DNA from: Clostridiales bacterium
Lineage (GTDB): Bacteria > Bacillota > Clostridia > Oscillospirales > Acutalibacteraceae
Reading direction: 5' to 3'
NCBI GenBank assembly: GCA_021199275.1
Contig: JAJQIJ010000037.1
Span: 14,154-78,153 of the forward strand
Length of the DNA stretch: 64,000 nucleotides
The notes below the pieces were generated by a model, which did not search any database, was not told where the DNA came from, and saw only the letters and a list, made by a program, of their open reading frames with translations. Shown piece by piece: positions 48,801-58,371 of this stretch (position 1 is the stretch's first letter; each line of letters begins with the position of its first letter). The position numbers and the translations under genes are program-made.

Positions 48801-49928
48801 ATGGCTGCAGAAAAAACAGACGTTGGCACCGCCGGCAACACCGCGGCGCAGCAGCAAAACAAACCAAAAACTGAAAACAAAACAACCGGCAACAAAAGCA
48901 AAGCCGCCACAGCCGCAAAGAAAAAAAAGAGGAAAAAAAAGAAAAAGAAAAAAAGCGGCCGTTTGGCAAGCGTGCTGTTTGCTTTAATATTTGTTGTGGG
49001 GCTTGGCGTGCTTTTATACCCCACTGTGAGCGACTGGTGGAATTCGCGCGTGCAAAGCCGCGCCATTGCAAATTATGACGAAACCGTTGCAAACATGAAT
49101 GAAGAGGAATATGAAAACATGCTGGCGGCGGCGCAGGAATATAACGAAGCTCTTGCCGACCTTTTGTACCCATATTACCAATATGATGAAATAGATGGCT
49201 ATGAAGACGCGCTGTCTATTACGTCTGACGGCATGATGGGTTACATAACCATTGACTGCATTAACGTAAAGCTGCCGCTTTACCACGGCACGTCTGAAGC
49301 TGTTATGAATGTGGGCGTGGGGCATTTGCAGGGCAGTTCGCTGCCCGTTGGCGGTGAAAGCACGCACTGTGTGCTTTCAGCCCACAGGGGGCTGCCCAGC
49401 GCAACGCTGTTTTCACACCTTGACGAAATGGAAATAGGCGACACGTTTACGCTTACAATATTAAACCAGACTCTGACATACCAGGTTGACCAAATATTGG
49501 TGGTTGAGCCGGGCGAAACAGACGACATTCAAATAGTTGGCGGCGAAGATTACTGCACGCTGCTGACCTGCACGCCTTACGGCATAAACACACACCGCCT
49601 GCTGGTGCGCGGGGTAAGGGTTGAAAACCCTGAAGAATTAACGCTTACTAACGAAGCTTACCAAATAGACAAAAAGATTTTAATTCCCATAGCCGCCGCG
49701 CCAATTGTAATTATATTGCTGATTATGGCGCTGACAAACGCCAAGGGTAAAACAAAAAAGAAAAAGAAAAACAAAAGTAAAAAAAATGCAAATAAAAAAG
49801 CAAAGGGCAAAGCCGCCGGCACAAATAAAGCGGTGCAAAGCACAGCGCCGCCGGCTGCCGGCACAGCCGAAAGCCCTGCCGCTAAACAGGAAATTCCGCC
49901 TGGCAGCCGGGGCAATAAAGACGGCTGA
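48801..49928 (+). CDS. Class C (pilus) sortase
   Basis: GVGHLQGSSLP, AHRGLP, TLLTCTPYGINTHRLLVRG; N- and C-terminal TM helices; start ATG 48801 after AAGGGGG. Confidence 0.95.
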   Translation: MAAEKTDVGTAGNTAAQQQNKPKTENKTTGNKSKAATAAKKKKRKKKKKKKSGRLASVLFALIFVVGLGVLLYPTVSDWWNSRVQSRAIANYDETVANMNEEEYENMLAAAQEYNEALADLLYPYYQYDEIDGYEDALSITSDGMMGYITIDCINVKLPLYHGTSEAVMNVGVGHLQGSSLPVGGESTHCVLSAHRGLPSATLFSHLDEMEIGDTFTLTILNQTLTYQVDQILVVEPGETDDIQIVGGEDYCTLLTCTPYGINTHRLLVRGVRVENPEELTLTNEAYQIDKKILIPIAAAPIVIILLIMALTNAKGKTKKKKKNKSKKNANKKAKGKAAGTNKAVQSTAPPAAGTAESPAAKQEIPPGSRGNKDG

Positions 49929-50001
49929 ATTTAAAGCTTTTGTTTAAACTGCGCCAGCCGGCTGCGGCGCAGGGTGAAAAATTTTAAGGAATGGTGAAAT
50001 A

Positions 50002-50775
50002 ATGAAAAAAGTTTTAGCAAAAAGAGCTTTAACATTTATATGCGCGCTTTTGGCGTTTTTTGCCTTTCCCGCAGCTGTTTTCGCCGCAGGGCCTGACCTT
50101 AGCGCGAAAGTCACAATAAACATAACCGCAAAATGCGTTGACAGCAGCAACGAAAATGTAAGCGGCACTGCGTTTGCGCTTTATAAGGTGGCGGAGCTTA
50201 CAAATGAAAGCGGCAGCTACACATATGCTTTAACTGCCGATTTCAGCGCCAGCGGCGCAGATTTAACAGACATTGAAAGCGACTCTTTGGCAGAAAATTT
50301 AGCTGCATGGGCGCAGGAAAACAATTTGACGGCGGCTGAAAAGTCAGCAGATTCCACAGGCACCGTGTCTTTCAGTTCACTTTCAGCCGGGCTTTACCTT
50401 GCGGTGCAGACTGAAACGCCGGCAAAATATGCCACGGCGGCGCCGTTTTTGATTTCAGCCCCTGAAAGCGACGGGGCGGGCGGCTATATTTATGAAGTAG
50501 AAGCAAACCCAAAGGTGCAGCTTTTAAGCAGTGAAACAGCCACCGAAACCACCACAGCCGCCACCGAAACCACCACTGGCGAAGCCACCACTGCCGGCGA
50601 AATAACAACCGCGCTCAGCGTGACATCTTCAAGCGGGACTGACAGCAGCAGCCAAACTCTGCTTAAAACAGGGCAGCTGAACTGGCCCGTGCCGGTGTTT
50701 GGGGTGCTGGGCATTTTCCTGTTTGCAGCCGGCTTTTGCATGGTGTTTATTGAAAGGAAGACAAAAGCCAAATGA
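50002..50775 (+). CDS. Ancillary pilin with Thr-rich stalk
   Basis: Signal peptide, FALYKVA, GLYLAVQ, PFLISAP, LLKTGQLNWPVP + TM + basic tail. Confidence 0.85.
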   Translation: MKKVLAKRALTFICALLAFFAFPAAVFAAGPDLSAKVTINITAKCVDSSNENVSGTAFALYKVAELTNESGSYTYALTADFSASGADLTDIESDSLAENLAAWAQENNLTAAEKSADSTGTVSFSSLSAGLYLAVQTETPAKYATAAPFLISAPESDGAGGYIYEVEANPKVQLLSSETATETTTAATETTTGEATTAGEITTALSVTSSSGTDSSSQTLLKTGQLNWPVPVFGVLGIFLFAAGFCMVFIERKTKAK

Positions 50776-51308
50776 AATTTAAACGCGCAGGCAAGCTGTT
50801 AATGGTGCTGGGCGCGCTTTTCATTTTGGGCGCGTTGGCATTATTTACGTCAAACCAGCTTGATGATTTCAATGCAAAGGTTGCCGCCGCGCAGGTGGTT
50901 GAAAGTCTTGACAGCGACAACACGGTGATAAACGGCAACGAATATATAGGCGTGCTGTCTATTGAAACGCTTGGGCTTGAGCTGCCCATTATGGCTGAAT
51001 GCAGCTATGAAAAGCTTGAAACTGCGCCGTGCTGCTATTCCGGCTCTGTTGAAAGCGGCGACTTGGTTATAGCGGGGCATAATTACACCAGCAATTTCGG
51101 CGAAATTTACAATTTGCAGCCCGGCGATGCAGTTGTGTTTACAGACGTTTATTCAAACGAAACCGTTTATGAGGTGGCAGAGATTGAATATCTTGAACCC
51201 ACCCAGGTGCAGGAAATGGTTGAAAGCGATTACCCGCTGACTCTTTACACATGCACATACGGCGCGGCAAAGCGCGTAACCGTGCGCTGCGTTTTGGCAG
51301 GTGAATAA
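50772..51308 (+). CDS. Second, short sortase
   Basis: AGHNY, TLYTCTY...KRVTVRC catalytic His/Cys/Arg. Confidence 0.9.
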   Translation: MKFKRAGKLLMVLGALFILGALALFTSNQLDDFNAKVAAAQVVESLDSDNTVINGNEYIGVLSIETLGLELPIMAECSYEKLETAPCCYSGSVESGDLVIAGHNYTSNFGEIYNLQPGDAVVFTDVYSNETVYEVAEIEYLEPTQVQEMVESDYPLTLYTCTYGAAKRVTVRCVLAGE

Positions 51309-51319
51309 AAGAAAAAATT

Positions 51320-51350
51320 AAAAGCAGGCGTTTTAAAGCGCCTGCTTTTT
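51320..51350. terminator. Bidirectional terminator (pilus operon / leuB)
   Basis: AAAAGCAGGCG...CGCCTGCTTTT. Confidence 0.85.
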
Positions 51351-51423
51351 CATTTGCATAATTGTAACCAAGCTTAAAACTGCCCGCTGTGGGCGGCAAG
51401 CCAATATTGAAAGCTGCCGCACA

Positions 51424-52494
51424 TCACAAAAGAGACGAAACCAAGTCGCCCATTTGCGCAGTGGTAACGGCCCTGAAGCCCTGTTCATAAATGTCCGGCG
51501 TTCTGGCTGTTCTAAGAGCACAATCAACAGCAGCTTCAATGGCACTGGCCGCTGCGTCTTCGCCGAAAGAGTAGCGCAGCATCATGGCGCCTGACAGAAT
51601 TGTGGCAAGCGGGTTTGCCTTTTGCTGGCCCGCAATGTCCGGCGCGGAGCCGTGAATGGGCTCATAAAGCCCAAAGCTGCCCCCGGCAAGAGAGGCAGAC
51701 GCCAGCATGCCTATCGAGCCGCTTATCATTGAAGCTTCGTCTGACAAAATGTCGCCGAATATGTTTGAAGTCACTATTGTGTCAAACTGGCCGGGGTTGC
51801 GCACAAGCTGCATGGCGCAGTTGTCAACATACATATATGAAAGTTCAACTTCGGGGTAATCAAGGCTTACCCTGTCTGCCACACGGCGCCACAGGCGCGA
51901 ACTTTCAAGCACGTTTGCTTTGTCAACACAGGTCAGCTTTTTGCCGCGTTTCATTGCATATTGAAAGCCTGCTTTTACAATTCTTTCAATTTCGGGCTCT
52001 GTGTAACGTTCCGTGTCATAAGCGCCGGTAACCCCGTTTTCAGTGTAAGTGCCCCTGTCGCCGAAATAAATGCCGCCGGTAAGCTCACGCACAATTAAAA
52101 TGTCAAGCCCCTCGCCTATTATTTCCTCTTTAATAGGAGACGCTTTTTTAAGCGGCGCAAAAATTTTGGCGGGGCGCAGGTTTGCAAAAAGCCCCAAATC
52201 CTCTCTAATAGCAAGCAGCCCGGCTTCGGGGCGGTTGCCGCCCGGCTGTTTGTCCCATTTCGGGCCGCCCACAGCGCCCAGCAGCACCGCGTCTGAACTT
52301 TTACATGCCGCGGCGGTTTCTTTGGGGTAAGGCACGCCCGTTTTGTCAATAGCGCAGCCGCCCAGCAGCCGGTAGTCGCAGCTGATTTCAAAGCCGAATT
52401 TTTCACCGGCGGCATGCAGCACCTTAATGCATTCAGCCACAATTTCAGGGCCGATTCCGTCCCCTTTCAAAACCGTTATTTTATATTTATTCAT
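51424..52494 (-). CDS. leuB: 3-isopropylmalate dehydrogenase
   Basis: [54 protein letters not shown]. Confidence 0.96.
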   Translation of the reverse strand: MNKYKITVLKGDGIGPEIVAECIKVLHAAGEKFGFEISCDYRLLGGCAIDKTGVPYPKETAAACKSSDAVLLGAVGGPKWDKQPGGNRPEAGLLAIREDLGLFANLRPAKIFAPLKKASPIKEEIIGEGLDILIVRELTGGIYFGDRGTYTENGVTGAYDTERYTEPEIERIVKAGFQYAMKRGKKLTCVDKANVLESSRLWRRVADRVSLDYPEVELSYMYVDNCAMQLVRNPGQFDTIVTSNIFGDILSDEASMISGSIGMLASASLAGGSFGLYEPIHGSAPDIAGQQKANPLATILSGAMMLRYSFGEDAAASAIEAAVDCALRTARTPDIYEQGFRAVTTAQMGDLVSSLL

Positions 52495-52586
52495 TACAAT
52501 TCCCCCTGTTTGAATTAATGGAAATGCCTGCACGGCGCCGCGGCGGCTTTTTCACAGCGCCCGAACGCCCTTTACGCACGGCAAAA

Positions 52587-54320
52587 TTACTTTTCAAATA
52601 TGCCGGGCATGGTGTCGTCTCTTACACAGTCTGCCTGGTCTCTGTTTACAGCGCATATAATGCCCTTAAGTGAAGCATAGCCAATGTTGTGGCTGACCCC
52701 TATTCCGAATATATCTTTCCCCTGCGGGTTTCTCAGGTGAATATAAGAAATGGCTTTTGAATCAGAGCCCACTGCTATTGCATGTTCGCTGTAGTCAACA
52801 AACCGGTAGCCTGTTATGCCAACCTGCCCCAGTGCGCTGAAAAATGCGTCAATAGGGCCGCTGCCGCTGCCGCTGACTTTAACGCTGCTGCCGTCTTTCA
52901 CCCTTATTGCGCCCTCAAAATGCACGCGGGTAAGATATTCGCCCTCTTCCTTTTCCTCATAAGTCTTATGGTTTAAAATTCTGTAAGGGCCAACAACGTT
53001 TCTGTATTCTTTTTGAAATAAATCAAAAACCTCAAGCGCATGAAGCTCTTTGCCCTTTTCGTCGCATGCGTGCTTTACAATTGCGCCAAATTCGGCGTGC
53101 ATTGCTTTTGGCATTTTAATGCCGTATTGCGTGGCAAGTATAAACGCCGCGCCGCCCTTGCCTGACTGTGAATTTATTCTGATGACAGGCTCGTATTCGC
53201 GCCCCACGTCTGCCGGGTCAATAGGCAGGTAAGGCACTTCCCAATAATCTGAGTTGGTTTCTTCCATATATATTTTGCCCTTGTTGATTGCGTCCTGGTG
53301 TGAGCCGGAAAAGGCGGTGAACACCAACTCGCCCGCATATGGCTGGCGCGGCGGCACTTTCATTTTTGTGGTGCGTTCATAAACGTCTTTCACTGCATTT
53401 ATGTCATGGAAATCAAGCTTTGGGTCAACCCCCTGAGTCCACATATTAAGCGCAAGCGTTATTATGTCAACATTGCCGGTGCGTTCGCCGTTGCCAAACA
53501 GCGTGCCTTCCACCCTGTCTGCGCCCGCCATGAGCGCAAGCTCTGTTGCGGCAACACCCTCGCCCCTGTCATTGTGCGGGTGCAGCGAAATTATGGCGGC
53601 TTCGCGGTTTTTCATGTTGCGGCAGAAATATTCAATTTGGTCTGCATAGCCGTTTGGCGTTGAACATTCAACTGTTGATGGCAGGTTAAGTATAATTGGG
53701 TTTTCCTTTGTGGCGCCCATAACAGCCATAACACGCTCACAAATTTCAATGGCGTTGTCTGTTTCGGTGCCGGTAAATGATTCCGGCGAATATTCATATC
53801 TTATGTTCATGCCGGGGTTTTCGCGCAGCTCTTTGTCAGTCAGCTCTTTAATAAGCTTTGCGCCGTTTACCGCAATGTCAATAACACCCTGCATGTCTGT
53901 TTTAAACACAACCTTGCGCTGCAGGGTTGACGTTGAATTATAAAAATGCACTATTACGTTTTTTGCGCCCTTTATGGCTTCAAAGGTTTTCACAATAAGG
54001 TGTTCGCGCGCCTGCACCAGCACCTGAATCGTAACATCGTCCGGAATATAATTGCCTTCAATAAGAGTTCTTAAAATTTCATATTCCGTTTCAGACGCAG
54101 ACGGAAAGCCAACCTCTATTTCCTTTATGCCCACGTCAAGCAGGGTTTGAAAAAGTTCAAGCTTTTCCTGCAAATTCATGGGGTCTACAAGCGCCTGGTT
54201 GCCGTCTCTCAAATCAACGGAACACCACACCGGCGCTTTTGTTATTACCTTGTCCGGCCAAGTTCTGCCCGGCAGATTTACCGGCTTAAACGGAATATAT
54301 TTTTTATAACCTTGTAACAT
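52587..54320 (-). CDS. leuA: 2-isopropylmalate synthase (LEU4/actinobacterial type)
   Basis: WCSVDLRDGNQAL, EYSPESF, HPHNDRG, GNGERTGN, FSGSHQDAI, RINSQSGKGG. Confidence 0.96.
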   Translation of the reverse strand: MLQGYKKYIPFKPVNLPGRTWPDKVITKAPVWCSVDLRDGNQALVDPMNLQEKLELFQTLLDVGIKEIEVGFPSASETEYEILRTLIEGNYIPDDVTIQVLVQAREHLIVKTFEAIKGAKNVIVHFYNSTSTLQRKVVFKTDMQGVIDIAVNGAKLIKELTDKELRENPGMNIRYEYSPESFTGTETDNAIEICERVMAVMGATKENPIILNLPSTVECSTPNGYADQIEYFCRNMKNREAAIISLHPHNDRGEGVAATELALMAGADRVEGTLFGNGERTGNVDIITLALNMWTQGVDPKLDFHDINAVKDVYERTTKMKVPPRQPYAGELVFTAFSGSHQDAINKGKIYMEETNSDYWEVPYLPIDPADVGREYEPVIRINSQSGKGGAAFILATQYGIKMPKAMHAEFGAIVKHACDEKGKELHALEVFDLFQKEYRNVVGPYRILNHKTYEEKEEGEYLTRVHFEGAIRVKDGSSVKVSGSGSGPIDAFFSALGQVGITGYRFVDYSEHAIAVGSDSKAISYIHLRNPQGKDIFGIGVSHNIGYASLKGIICAVNRDQADCVRDDTMPGIFEK

Positions 54321-54329
54321 AATTCTGAC

Positions 54330-54600
54330 TCCTTTTGGGCATAAAAATTACGCCCCTGATATGCATAGGGGCGCATATTAAGCGCGGTACCACCCTATTT
54401 CGGCGGGAAAGCCCCCGCCCTTTAGCATCTGACAATGCCTTAACCTTTAACGCAGTTGCGCGTCTGCCCCTATGGCGAAAAACGCTTTCAAGGCAGCAGC
54501 TCCGCAGAGAGCTATTCATTATGCCCTTTGTGCCGGCTTGCAGCAAACGCCGGCTCTCTGTGACAAATAAGCATAATCTTTTTCTGCTTCACAGCCTTTA
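54330..54600 (-). promoter_or_regulatory. Leucine T-box riboswitch
   Basis: T-box AGGGTGGTACCGCG (plus strand 54383-54396), AG bulge (CAGAGAG), specifier loop containing CTC (Leu), terminator CGCCCCT...AGGGGCG then T-rich tail. Confidence 0.92.
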
Positions 54601-54662
54601 AGGTGAATTGATTTTATTAAAACACGCAGGAAACCGGCACTGGCGCCACCCTGCACATTCAT

Positions 54663-54690
54663 ATTATAACATTAATTTACCTTTTGTCAA
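54663..54690 (-). promoter_or_regulatory. Promoter of the T-box-leuAB transcript
   Basis: TTGACA-16nt-TATAAT with extended -10 TG. Confidence 0.8.
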
Positions 54691-54691
54691 G

Positions 54692-55342
54692 TTAAAGTTT
54701 TGAATAGCCGTAACCGTTTGCAATGGCGTCAACCGGCATGCCCTGCTTGCACAGCGGGCAGCTGTGTTTGTCATAAACTTCATAACCCGGCAAGTCCTCT
54801 TCAGTGAAAATGCTGTTTACTTCAATGCCCATAATTTCCTTAGCCGCGCTGAAAGCCGCGCTTATGCCCACCACAACGCCGCTGTAATATTGCACGCTTT
54901 CAATTGCCTTTTCAACAGTTTTGCCGCTTGTTATGCAAGACATTAGCAGCAGCACGTTTTTGCCCTTAATCATTCTTTTAAGATTGTCGCGGAATATTAT
55001 GTTGCCCTGCGCGTCATATTCGCTGCCAAGCACATAAATATTGGTGTTGGGGTTTGGCGACATCATAGACGGGCGGGCAAGTTCATGCGCAAGATATGCG
55101 CCCAGCGCCTGTGTTTCATAAAGACACAGCACGGTGTCAATGTCAATGGCGCGTTCGTTGTAATATGACGCCAGCAGCATGGCCGTGTCTGTTGAAACGG
55201 CATGGTTATGCTTTATGTCTGACGTGCCAACATAATAATTGATGTGCGCGTTTGCCGTTATGAAATGCCCGTTTGTAACGCGAATGAAAACGCCCCGCGC
55301 ACGGTTTGAATTTATAATTGTGATATTTTGCATAGAAACCAC
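54692..55342 (-). CDS. Type I phosphoribosyltransferase-fold protein (OPRT-like, degenerate PRPP loop)
   Basis: GHF...HINYY, KNVLLLMSCITSGKT, C-terminal CPLC. Confidence 0.7.
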   Translation of the reverse strand: MVSMQNITIINSNRARGVFIRVTNGHFITANAHINYYVGTSDIKHNHAVSTDTAMLLASYYNERAIDIDTVLCLYETQALGAYLAHELARPSMMSPNPNTNIYVLGSEYDAQGNIIFRDNLKRMIKGKNVLLLMSCITSGKTVEKAIESVQYYSGVVVGISAAFSAAKEIMGIEVNSIFTEEDLPGYEVYDKHSCPLCKQGMPVDAIANGYGYSKL

Positions 55343-55408
55343 CCTTTAACCGGGGGCAAAGCCCCGCTGTAAAGCATTTCGGCAAAAGCGCGCCCGCCGG
55401 CAAAGCAT

Positions 55409-55429
55409 AATTACGGGCAAGCCCTTATT
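55409..55429 (+). repeat. Isolated right-end palindrome module of the 138-bp repeat
   Basis: AATTACGGGCAAGCCCTTATT. Confidence 0.6.
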
Positions 55430-55619
55430 TAAACGCACACGGCGCCAACGCCAAAAAGCTTTTTCCTTTAATAATTAGATTTTACAATAATTCGGCATTC
55501 AATTCAATATATAAAAACATATTTTTTTAAATGCCCGCCGCAGAAAACTTTTCAATGGGCAAAATTCACAAATAAACCTGCTGTGATTTGTTGAAAATAG
55601 CTTAAATATTAAAAAGCAC

Positions 55620-55648
55620 TTGCTTATAATGTAAAATGAAGGTAAAAT
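55620..55648 (+). promoter_or_regulatory. Candidate promoter of the transporter/mannosidase operon
   Basis: TTGCTT-17nt-TAAAAT. Confidence 0.5.
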
Positions 55649-55679
55649 TATTATAAACTATTAATAAAGGAGTCTTTTT

Positions 55680-57191
55680 ATGACTGAAACACAGGAAAAG
55701 CAAAAAAAGTATATGAAATTTTCCGAAATTATTACTTTCGGCGTGGGGCTGTTCGGCGTTGCCCTTATGACAGGGTGGATGCCTGACTACACCGCAACTT
55801 TCTTTGCTGATTTTGCATTCAAGGGCAAGGGTTTTGATTCCGACGCCATGTCTTCCGCAATAACGCTGGTGTTTGGCGTAGCGGGCGTTGTGGGCGCTGT
55901 GTGCGAACTTGTTATAGGCTATCTTGTAGACAGGACTCACACGCGTTTCGGCAAGGTTAAGCCGTGGGTCGGCTTTGGCGTAATTCCCCTTGCAATAATT
56001 TCTCTTTTGGTGTTTATTGCGCCAAACACAAACAGCCAGACTGTGGCTATTATATGGATGTTTGTGGTTTACTGCCTTTACACAGCTGTTTCGTGCGCCG
56101 TTGAAAGCCCGTCTAACTGTTTTGGCTCTTTGTGTTCGCCAAATCCGGGCGAAAGGTCAACCGCCATTTCAATTGCGTCTTTCCTGCGCTCTGTCGGCCA
56201 GTCAGGCGGCATGGTTGTGGTAATGGTTGTGGGCTTGCTTATGAAAGTGTTAATGGGCAAGCAGCAATACCAAAACGCAGAGGGCCAAGGGCTTGACCTT
56301 GTTATTTCAACGGCAGTCTGCGCGCTGGGGCTCATAATTTTTGTAATGATTTTCTTTGTAAACAACAAAGAAAGAGTGCCCTTTACACAGGAAAAAATAA
56401 GCATTAAAGATTCAATTAAGGTTGTGTTCGGAAACAAAAACCTGCTTATGGTTTCACTGACAAAGCTCTGCGGCTTCGGGCGCGGGGTTTACGGCACCGT
56501 GTCGCTTTACATAGCAATATACCTGCTGGGCTCAAAAGACCTGAAGCTGGCGCTGCTGCTGCCCATGGGCATAGGCACGGCGCTTGGCACATTGCTGGTA
56601 AACTTTGTGCTTAAAAAGTTTTCAACCAAAAAAACATATATCATGTTTTGCATTTACGGCGCCACAACCCTGGCAATATTATATTTAGTTTCAAGCTCAG
56701 TCGGCTTTAACAGCACGCTTATAGTTCCGTTTCTTATAATAAATTTCTTCTGCGGAATTCAGCACGGCAACACAAACACCACCCCCAACATTATGATTGC
56801 AGACTGTGTTGATGAAATTGAATATAAGACAGGCAAAAGGCAAGACGGAATTGCATATGCCGGCTATGGCCTGTTTTCAAAAATAGCGTCTGCGCTTACA
56901 AAAAGTCTGGGGCCGTGGCTGCTTTACAAATGGTCTGGCTATATGGTGTCGCAGGACGCCAATGTGGCATATGCTTCGCAGACAGACAGCACCTTAAACC
57001 GCCTGCTTATGATATACACCATAATTCCAGCGGTGTTCGTGCTCTTGCAAATGGTGCCGATATTCTTTTATGACAATGTCGGGCTGAAAAAAGCCACAAT
57101 CACCGCCGCGCTTGCAGAGCGCCGCGCAGCGAACAAAGCCGAAGCGCCTGACAGCCCTGCCGAAGACGCGGGCGAAGCGGCAGCTGAATAA
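55680..57191 (+). CDS. GPH-family (MelB-like) MFS sugar:cation symporter
   Basis: VDRTHTRFGKVKPW, MIADCVDEIEYKTGKRQDG, ~12 TM helices. Confidence 0.9.
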   Translation: MTETQEKQKKYMKFSEIITFGVGLFGVALMTGWMPDYTATFFADFAFKGKGFDSDAMSSAITLVFGVAGVVGAVCELVIGYLVDRTHTRFGKVKPWVGFGVIPLAIISLLVFIAPNTNSQTVAIIWMFVVYCLYTAVSCAVESPSNCFGSLCSPNPGERSTAISIASFLRSVGQSGGMVVVMVVGLLMKVLMGKQQYQNAEGQGLDLVISTAVCALGLIIFVMIFFVNNKERVPFTQEKISIKDSIKVVFGNKNLLMVSLTKLCGFGRGVYGTVSLYIAIYLLGSKDLKLALLLPMGIGTALGTLLVNFVLKKFSTKKTYIMFCIYGATTLAILYLVSSSVGFNSTLIVPFLIINFFCGIQHGNTNTTPNIMIADCVDEIEYKTGKRQDGIAYAGYGLFSKIASALTKSLGPWLLYKWSGYMVSQDANVAYASQTDSTLNRLLMIYTIIPAVFVLLQMVPIFFYDNVGLKKATITAALAERRAANKAEAPDSPAEDAGEAAAE

Positions 57192-57204
57192 GGGGGTATT
57201 GATT

Positions 57205-58122
57205 ATGAGCAAAAAAGCATTTAATTCCACACTTTATGCATTAATCACATTTGTTGTAATGGCCGCAATTTTGTCAACAATGACTGTGCTGACTTTCAAA
57301 GATAAATATATAGCGTTTGACGAAGAAAAGCTTGCAGGCAATTATGTTGATTCAATTGTCCAATCCGGAGACGGTTATAATGCATACAAATACACCCTTG
57401 TTTCCATAAACGACAAATATGGCGACTACATTCGCAAAAATTACATTTACCCCATTGTTTACCCCGGCTATGAAATCGGCATGGACACTGGCGACTTAGA
57501 TGGCTATGACGACAGCAAATATATGTCTGAAGCCACTGAAAATGACGACGGCACACTGGCAGGCCAGCTTGCAGACGCACTTTACCCATATTACGAAGAG
57601 CTTATGCAGCAATACGGGTGGGACGATTACGACGCGGTTTTCACCAATTACTTTAACGCCCTTGTAACAGAAAGGCAGCAAATTTTCGGCGACGAATATC
57701 TTTCTGACGAAGTTATGTTCACCGCGCTCGAAGCAAATGTTGCCACATACGGCGACAAGCTCACCGGCACCACCGCTGTTACAGACGAAGATTCCGGCGT
57801 AACCACAGGCGAAGACACCACCGGGTTTTACCAAACCATCTACGGCGACGATTACAAAATAACCACAACCACATCTGAGCCTGAAAGCATAAGCAATTTA
57901 GACGAATATGTGGCGATGCTTGACTCTGACGTTCTTGAATCTTACGGCATTTCAGCGTCAGACATAGCAGACGCCTGCAGGGTTGAAGTCACCAGCTCTT
58001 TAGCAGACGGCACCGTGATTTACAGCCAAACAGTTTATGAAGTAAAAGTCGGCAACACGTGGTATGTTGACAACATTACAACAGACACTTTTAATTTTTA
58101 CTTAAGCCTTGGGAACATTTAG
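57205..58122 (+). CDS. Membrane-anchored acidic, Tyr/Asp-rich hypothetical protein
   Basis: N-terminal TM helix; start ATG 57205 after AAGGGGG; followed by a terminator. Confidence 0.75.
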   Translation: MSKKAFNSTLYALITFVVMAAILSTMTVLTFKDKYIAFDEEKLAGNYVDSIVQSGDGYNAYKYTLVSINDKYGDYIRKNYIYPIVYPGYEIGMDTGDLDGYDDSKYMSEATENDDGTLAGQLADALYPYYEELMQQYGWDDYDAVFTNYFNALVTERQQIFGDEYLSDEVMFTALEANVATYGDKLTGTTAVTDEDSGVTTGEDTTGFYQTIYGDDYKITTTTSEPESISNLDEYVAMLDSDVLESYGISASDIADACRVEVTSSLADGTVIYSQTVYEVKVGNTWYVDNITTDTFNFYLSLGNI

Positions 58123-58145
58123 GGGCTTAAACAAACAACCAAACA

Positions 58146-58177
58146 ATAAACCCTTTACCGCTTGGTAAAGGGTTTAT
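58146..58177 (+). terminator. Intrinsic terminator
   Basis: ATAAACCCTTTACC-GCTT-GGTAAAGGGTTTAT plus T-rich tail. Confidence 0.75.
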
Positions 58178-58371
58178 TTCTTTTTTGCCGGTGGCAGCCT
58201 GAACATGCCGCTCCCCCCCCCGCTGCGCTGACTGCGGCGGGTGCGGGCAAATTAATATTGAAATTTGTTATAATATATGATATTTTAAGAATGTCAAAAA
58301 AATTAACCGGCGGCAATTCAGATGAAAACATAAACTTCAAAAACAAGCACTGCTTTGAAAGGTAATATTAT

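Noticed and set aside
50533-50600. GCCACCGAAACCACC repeats as a mobile or regulatory array
   Set aside because: In-frame coding repeats for the Thr-rich stalk (ATETTT) of the ancillary pilin.
51424-54320. Absence of leuC/leuD as evidence of a broken pathway
   Set aside because: Split leu operons are common; the rest of the genome is not visible.
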